From the NCBI GenBank assembly GCA_001179505.1, contig CDMY01000456.1, positions 309,129 to 373,128 on the forward strand: DNA of 64,000 nt, given 5' to 3'. This document shows positions 58,900 through 64,000 of the stretch, one piece after another. The position numbers and the translations under genes are program-made. Origin of the DNA: Vitrella brassicaformis CCMP3155. Taxonomy: Eukaryota > Protista > Chromerida. How positions within the stretch are numbered: position 1 is the stretch's first letter; each line of letters starts with the position of its first letter. The notes beneath the pieces were generated by a model. It ran no database searches. It was not told the origin of the DNA and saw nothing but the letters and a program-made list of their open reading frames with translations.

Positions 58900-61837
58900 T
58901 CAGGTCTCTGCTGGATTAGCGAGACACTCAGGGACCGGGTAGCAATAGAGCCTTAACAACTCAAGTGGTTCGGACAGCATCGCCCGCCGCACTCGCAGCA
59001 CAGTTGACGCCGCGGGTGTGCCCTCCACCTCGCTGCGCGTGTACACATGATCACCACGACTCCCCCACGTACCCCCACCTGCAATGAATGCAAACACAGA
59101 GACAGACAGAAACATTCTCATCAGCCATGCCTTGCCCTGTCGACTTAGTTACCTGCTGTCTCGGGCCACTGTGGGTTGGTGACCGGGCAGATAAGCGGCC
59201 CCCCAGCCCACGCCCATGGTGGCGGAAGCGGCAGCAGGTCCCACAGCGCCGAGAGCTTGTCTGCAGCTGATGCCTGTGGCTCTGATGGTTGCTGCGGGAG
59301 GTTGTGCGGCACGTAGAGGAAAAAGTGGGTGCTGAAGATGGCCGTGAAGCCCCCCTCTAAGCTGACGCTCGCCTCAGACAGAATCTGCTCACACACAACA
59401 TACCAAACAGCCCATTTGGTGTCCGTCTGCGGCCCCTGCTTGTGTGGTGGCTGCGGTGTCTCACTCTGCGTGTGTATTCGAATGCCTCCATGAGCTTGCC
59501 GCCGGTGAGTCCGCCCTTGTCAGCAGACACAGACACACGGACTACTGCATGCTCATACCCCAACAATGGAACATGGGCTGCATGAAAACACACACACACA
59601 GACACGCACCCGAACCAAGAGCAGATGACCCAATCCTCAAGCGAGACACAAGCAGAGAGGGGATGCTCACTGACTCTTTCTCTCTGAGGGTCTCCTTCTC
59701 TCTGACATGACGTCCTCGAGCAACATCTGTAGGGGGAAGGTTGGAGCGCCCAAGCGCAGCTGAGGCTCGCCGGGGGGCAGTGGGAGCGGGACGATCTGAT
59801 AACAGACAGGTCGGAGACCGTTAGACAAAGACTGGTGCGCGTGGAGTCAATGCACTTGCCTGCATATGTGTGTCGATGGGGGGGCGGTGGTCCCTTTGGC
59901 TCTCACCGAACGGCACTTGTTGGATCATGCCCAGGCCCCCGATGCTCTTCAACACGTCTGCGACAGCGTCCCTGAAGGCCACACGGCGTGTCTCATCACC
60001 CAATTGTGCGGTCTTGTTCTGTTTGCGTACCAGTCGGCTGCAGAGATCTCAGCGCCTCCCCTCCTCAGCACACGATGGACAGGCACTGGGGGCGGCCTGG
60101 TCTGCGGTGTCTCCAACACGCTGTCGATGGCATCACAGACGCAAGCAAACACGTCGCTCGGGGAGCCGGTGCCGTCCACCGGGTGGTAGAGGCTCGCGAA
60201 CTCTTCCCTCACGGCCTTGTTGTGCGTGTGGAAGGCCTGAAATGCACAAACAGGAACAGGGCGTGGCTTACCCTTTTGTCTCTCGGCCTGACCTCGAGCC
60301 TGACACGGCACTTCTCTTCTGTGTCGTCGGATCGCTGTGTAAGGCGTGCTCTGAGGTCGGCGTCATCAGGGGGCGGGCTGAAGTCCAGGTGATAGATCTT
60401 GCCTGCAGGTCCGAGACAAAGGAAATGTCACAAAAGACCATGACTGGCCACATTCCAGGTACCTACCTGTCTCAGGGTCGAGCCTTCTCCCAACGACTCT
60501 TTTGACAATGTCATCATCGGGCACCTCCAGCCCCACCACACAGTCAGGGATGATGCCGTACTCACGCAACTTCTCGCCCTGCGCCTGCATGGACGAGGCA
60601 GCCTGCATGGTGATTTTCGTGTCGTATCTCTTGCTTACAGCTGTCCTAGGGAAGCCGTCAAGCAGCCACCCCCTCTCGCGACACTCAGGAGACATTAATC
60701 GATGCTTCACCAAATCTGATAATCATATGACCAAAGAAGGAAGTCGCAACGCCTGGCTGGCGCGGAAATGACATTTCGGATACCGATGATGAGGTCATCA
60801 GGGACGAGCATCCCGCCGTCCATGAACTCCTTGGCCTTGAGCCCCACCTCAGTCCCATCCTTCACCGCCGCCCGCAGCAGGTCGCCGGTCGATAAGTGGA
60901 CCACGCCGTACCGCTCGACCAACCTCTCGCACTGTGTCCCTTTGCCCGATGCAGGAGCGCCACTGATGATCAGTTTCGGCCGATCGGTGAACAGCCGGCA
61001 TATCTCATCGGCCTCATCGGGTGTCTCGTCTGTGAAGCCATATTTGATCGACTCTGCAGGGACGATTGCAGAATGGCCCCAGCGGAGAGGTTGCGGATGG
61101 CTGACGAGCATGTGGGTGGCACCGGACTCTTCTTCTGTCACCGCCTTGCCGCTGGCGGCACAGATGAAGTGGCGTGCGTCCACCAGCTGGAAGGAAGATG
61201 GGCGCGTCTTCTCGGCCGCATACTGCTCCGCCAGCAGACGAGAAGTCCACACGGCAAAAGACATCTTGGCCATGATGCAGGTCTTCTTGTCATAGTCTGA
61301 AATCGGCTGCATCAGCAATGGGGCTGTATCAGCAATGAATGGTCGCATGGGGAAATCGGGCGTGGGTGCGATGCAGGGGCGGTGTGCAGGATGGACGAGA
61401 GCCGAGTTCTCCGCCAGCCTCGCCCTGATTTTCTCCTTCAGGTTTGGCCCCTGCACCTCCAGCCTTTTTGCCTTGTCCACTAGGGTGTTCCTCTCACCCG
61501 CCACTGCGCCGCTCTCCTTCTCCACCTCTTTCTTGTACAGCTGCAGCCGCCCCCCGTACGCCACGCCATAGTCGTCCTTCAAATGCGCGAGGAACTCGTC
61601 CTTTCCGCCGATGAGATGACCCTCAGCCGTCAAGATGACCGGCCCCCTGCTGTCCCGGTACTCTGGAAGGTCGAATTTCTCCACGATGCGCTGGATGTAT
61701 TGCGGCCAGTCGGCAGCATGCTTCAAATCGACGTGGAAGTGCAGGTTGGGCAGGACGTGACCGGCCCTCTCGGCGAAGAGCTCACATATGGCCGCCTCGC
61801 GGCTGTTGGCCTGGCTGGCGATGACGTACGACGGCAT
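58900..61837 (-). CDS. MDH1B-type N-terminal domain + Ap4A phosphorylase-like (HIT) domain with an inserted adenylate kinase
   Basis: MPSYVIAS...WPQYI...GHLIGGKDEF (MDH1B N-terminus-like); LVSHPQPLRWGHSAIVP (HIT N-half); SGAPASGKGT, STGDLLR, GWLLDGFPRT, GRRLDPETG and QRSDDTEE (AK); GLGM...GESQ...DTHMQIVPLPLP, FSTHFFLYVP and WAGGPLI (HIT C-half). An in-frame upstream ATG lies at 61909. Confidence 0.8.
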
Positions 61838-61960
61838 GAGAGGTGAGATTCCGGTTGGCTCACGTGTTCTCGCCTTCGTTGCTCGGGTATCTTCTCTCGC
61901 TTTTGCCATCTGGGGGCGAGACGGGGGCTGCCACCTCCACCGAATTTACACATTGGCGAG

Positions 61961-63284
61961 ATGACATCTGCCCTGCGCAAGGCTGCCGATGCCCTGGATA
62001 AGGCCATAGCTGAAGGGAGGGACTTTCGGGCGGAGGAGAGAAACCTCTTGGCTCTGGCGAAGGCCACAGTCTTTCGGCCATCGGAGCGTGTGGATCAGGA
62101 GGATGAGACGTCGAGCCCCCCCCTGCATCATCTGACTCCTCCGCACCTCCTCGCCGCCATCGGCGCAAGCGTTGCAAGAAGTCCCCACCCGCTATCGGCG
62201 AGATGGAGGAGACCAACGACCCTGCAAAGGCCTTCCTGGCATATATCGAGGCTCGGAATGAAGGCCAGAAGGCTCTGTGGCACGGCGAGGGCCCCCCCTC
62301 CCTGAGCCCTACTAAGAAGCGCGGCCACCGAGCCACGAAAAAGGCCCAGCATGAGGCGAGGCGCGCAGAGAGGCTGCGGGCGGCAGAAGAGGCGGCACAT
62401 GCCTCGATGGATGAGGATGAATGGAGTCCTTCGTCGTCTGATGAGGCCGACTCCTCCGATGAGTCTGACTCGGCATCCCGTCCACAGCAGTCGACCTCGT
62501 CGTAAGAAGGCAGCCGCAGCCACCGGCGACCCACCCGACCCATTGCCCACCACAGCCCCGCCCCTGGCCACACATGAGGACGTCCTCCTCATATCCGACG
62601 ATTACGCCGCCCTTCGAGCGCCGATCTCCGCATCCACAGGCCGGCTCCTGGCTAGTGTGCGCGAGAAAGACGACCAGCGGTGTGGGCAGCGCACCTTTGA
62701 GGCGGCGAAGGAGAGGTGGCCGGCGAAGTTCCAACCAGTGGTGGACTACTGGGACAAGAAGCTGGAGGAGCTGCCGAAAGAGATCCGCCCCGTTCTCATC
62801 CCGCCTCTCCTCCCGCGCCTGGTCACAAAGGGCGGCAAGAAGTCGCTGCGGCTGCACCAGGGGCTGGGTGTGGCTGAGGGTGCCGTCAAGGGGGACGCCA
62901 ATTGGGATCCGCAGTCGCTTCCCTGGCACCCGGAGGGCCATCCCACGTATTTGTGCAGACGGCCAGACGGCAAGTTCACTACAATGACCCTACGGTGAGG
63001 GCTTCGGGAAGGGTGAAAAGAAGATATGTACATGTGTGTGTAATGTGCGTGTGTCTGTGTGTGGTGGATGTGTGTGTGTGCACAGGTTTCTGACATACGT
63101 CATGCTTCGGTTGCCGCCCGATGACCCCTTCCCCTTTCATTTCCTCGATTTCGTCATTGCCGCGCCAGACATGACAGACCCGCGCTGCATCGCTTCTGTC
63201 AGGGAGAAGCTCAAGGCCGTCTGCGGGGAGGATGAGCTCATAGCCGTTCTGGAGAAGAGACCGATGGACCAATGGCGAAAACTG
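61961..63284 (+). CDS. Hypothetical nuclear protein, N-terminal part; middle segment is out of frame (intron or compensating frameshifts); probably continues into the Myb exons
   Basis: ORFs 61961-62305 and 62351-62998 share a frame, while a protein-like segment 62107-62505 lies in another frame. The exon ending at 63284 is followed by a GT donor. Confidence 0.45.
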
Positions 63285-63416
63285 GTGCGTTGAACCTCAT
63301 CCATTCATCCATTCATCCATTCATCCATTCATCCAGTCAGACAGACAGACAGACACCTCGACAACACTAGCAGTGTCAGTGCCCCTCCGGCGGCGGCAGC
63401 CGCGGCTGGTGCCGTG

Positions 63417-64000
63417 ATGAAGCACCCGGACGAGGCGCTGGTGCTGGCTCATTCGGCGACGATGTATAGCGGGGGGGAGATGCGCAGTGGCGGTCCGCCC
63501 TCCACCGGGGCGTGGTCGGTGGCCGAGAAGTGGAACTTCTTTGTCGGATTCGCCAAATATGGAAATTCGTGGGTTGAGGTGGCAGGTAGGTATGCGTCTG
63601 ACCGGACTGGGTCACTCACGGCAGGGTATGCTCGTCTGGTTTGGTTGTGTGTGTGCCTGTGTGCAGCTGAAGTTGGTACTCGTACGCGCCAGCAGTGCCG
63701 TTCCCATTTCCAGAAGACCTTCCTCTACTCACTGCCCGAGACCGAGCGCCAGGAGGTGGGTAGGGAGGGCGACACCACACACACGGGGAGAGGGAGAGAG
63801 GCACTTTGCAATGGAATTCATCAACCAGTCGTGTGTGTGTGGTCTGTGTGTGGTGGGGCGTGTGTGCAGCGTGCCCAGCAGTTCATCCAGCAGGAGTTGG
63901 AGCGGAACCGTGGCCAGCCTCCCCTCGAGCTGACCGACCTGTCGGCCCCTGCTGCGTCCAACCCCCTGCTCAAGACGAGCGGCGACCCCAGTGGCGGCCG
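63417..64000 (+). CDS. Myb/SANT (SHAQKYF-like) DNA-binding domain protein, truncated by the window end
   Basis: TGAWSVAEKWNFFVGFAKYGNSWVEVA / AEVGTRTRQQCRSHFQK joined across a phase-1 intron. An acceptor at 63344 would join it in frame to the upstream gene. Confidence 0.8.
   Translation, partial: MKHPDEALVLAHSATMYSGGEMRSGGPPSTGAWSVAEKWNFFVGFAKYGNSWVEVAGRYASDRTGSLTAGYARLVWLCVCLCAAEVGTRTRQQCRSHFQKTFLYSLPETERQEVGREGDTTHTGRGREALCNGIHQPVVCVWSVCGGACVQRAQQFIQQELERNRGQPPLELTDLSAPAASNPLLKTSGDPSGG

Overview
Intron-rich, GC-rich eukaryotic DNA with microsatellite-filled introns. It is most likely a chromerid alveolate (Vitrella-like); this is inferred from intron style, a PNO gene and a bipartite plastid-type leader. 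I can support about 22 protein-coding genes and two 300-N gaps, both inside introns. I found no RNA genes, mobile elements or CRISPR arrays. Recognisable genes: GH16+Kazal secreted protein, aldehyde-oxidase-type molybdo-flavoenzyme, GST-like gene with frameshifts, TTBK/CK1 kinase, DEP-domain + MerA-like disulfide reductase, pyruvate:NADP+ oxidoreductase (PNO), Kelch protein, family-16 methyltransferase, NME7, eIF4A, NAR1, F-box/LRR protein, macrodomain protein, and a Myb/SANT protein running off the 3' end. Highlights: (1) an Ap4A-phosphorylase-like (HIT) protein with an MDH1B-type N-terminal domain and a complete adenylate kinase inserted inside the HIT fold; (2) almost perfectly alternating gene orientation, giving ten short head-to-head promoters, eight of which carry the motif RGCTCGCA; (3) a secreted Cys-rich protein with repeated RxLQ/PEXEL-like sites; (4) a DEP-disulfide reductase fusion; (5) a PNO with no N-terminal presequence. 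All exon structures were assembled by eye and need RNA-seq confirmation.
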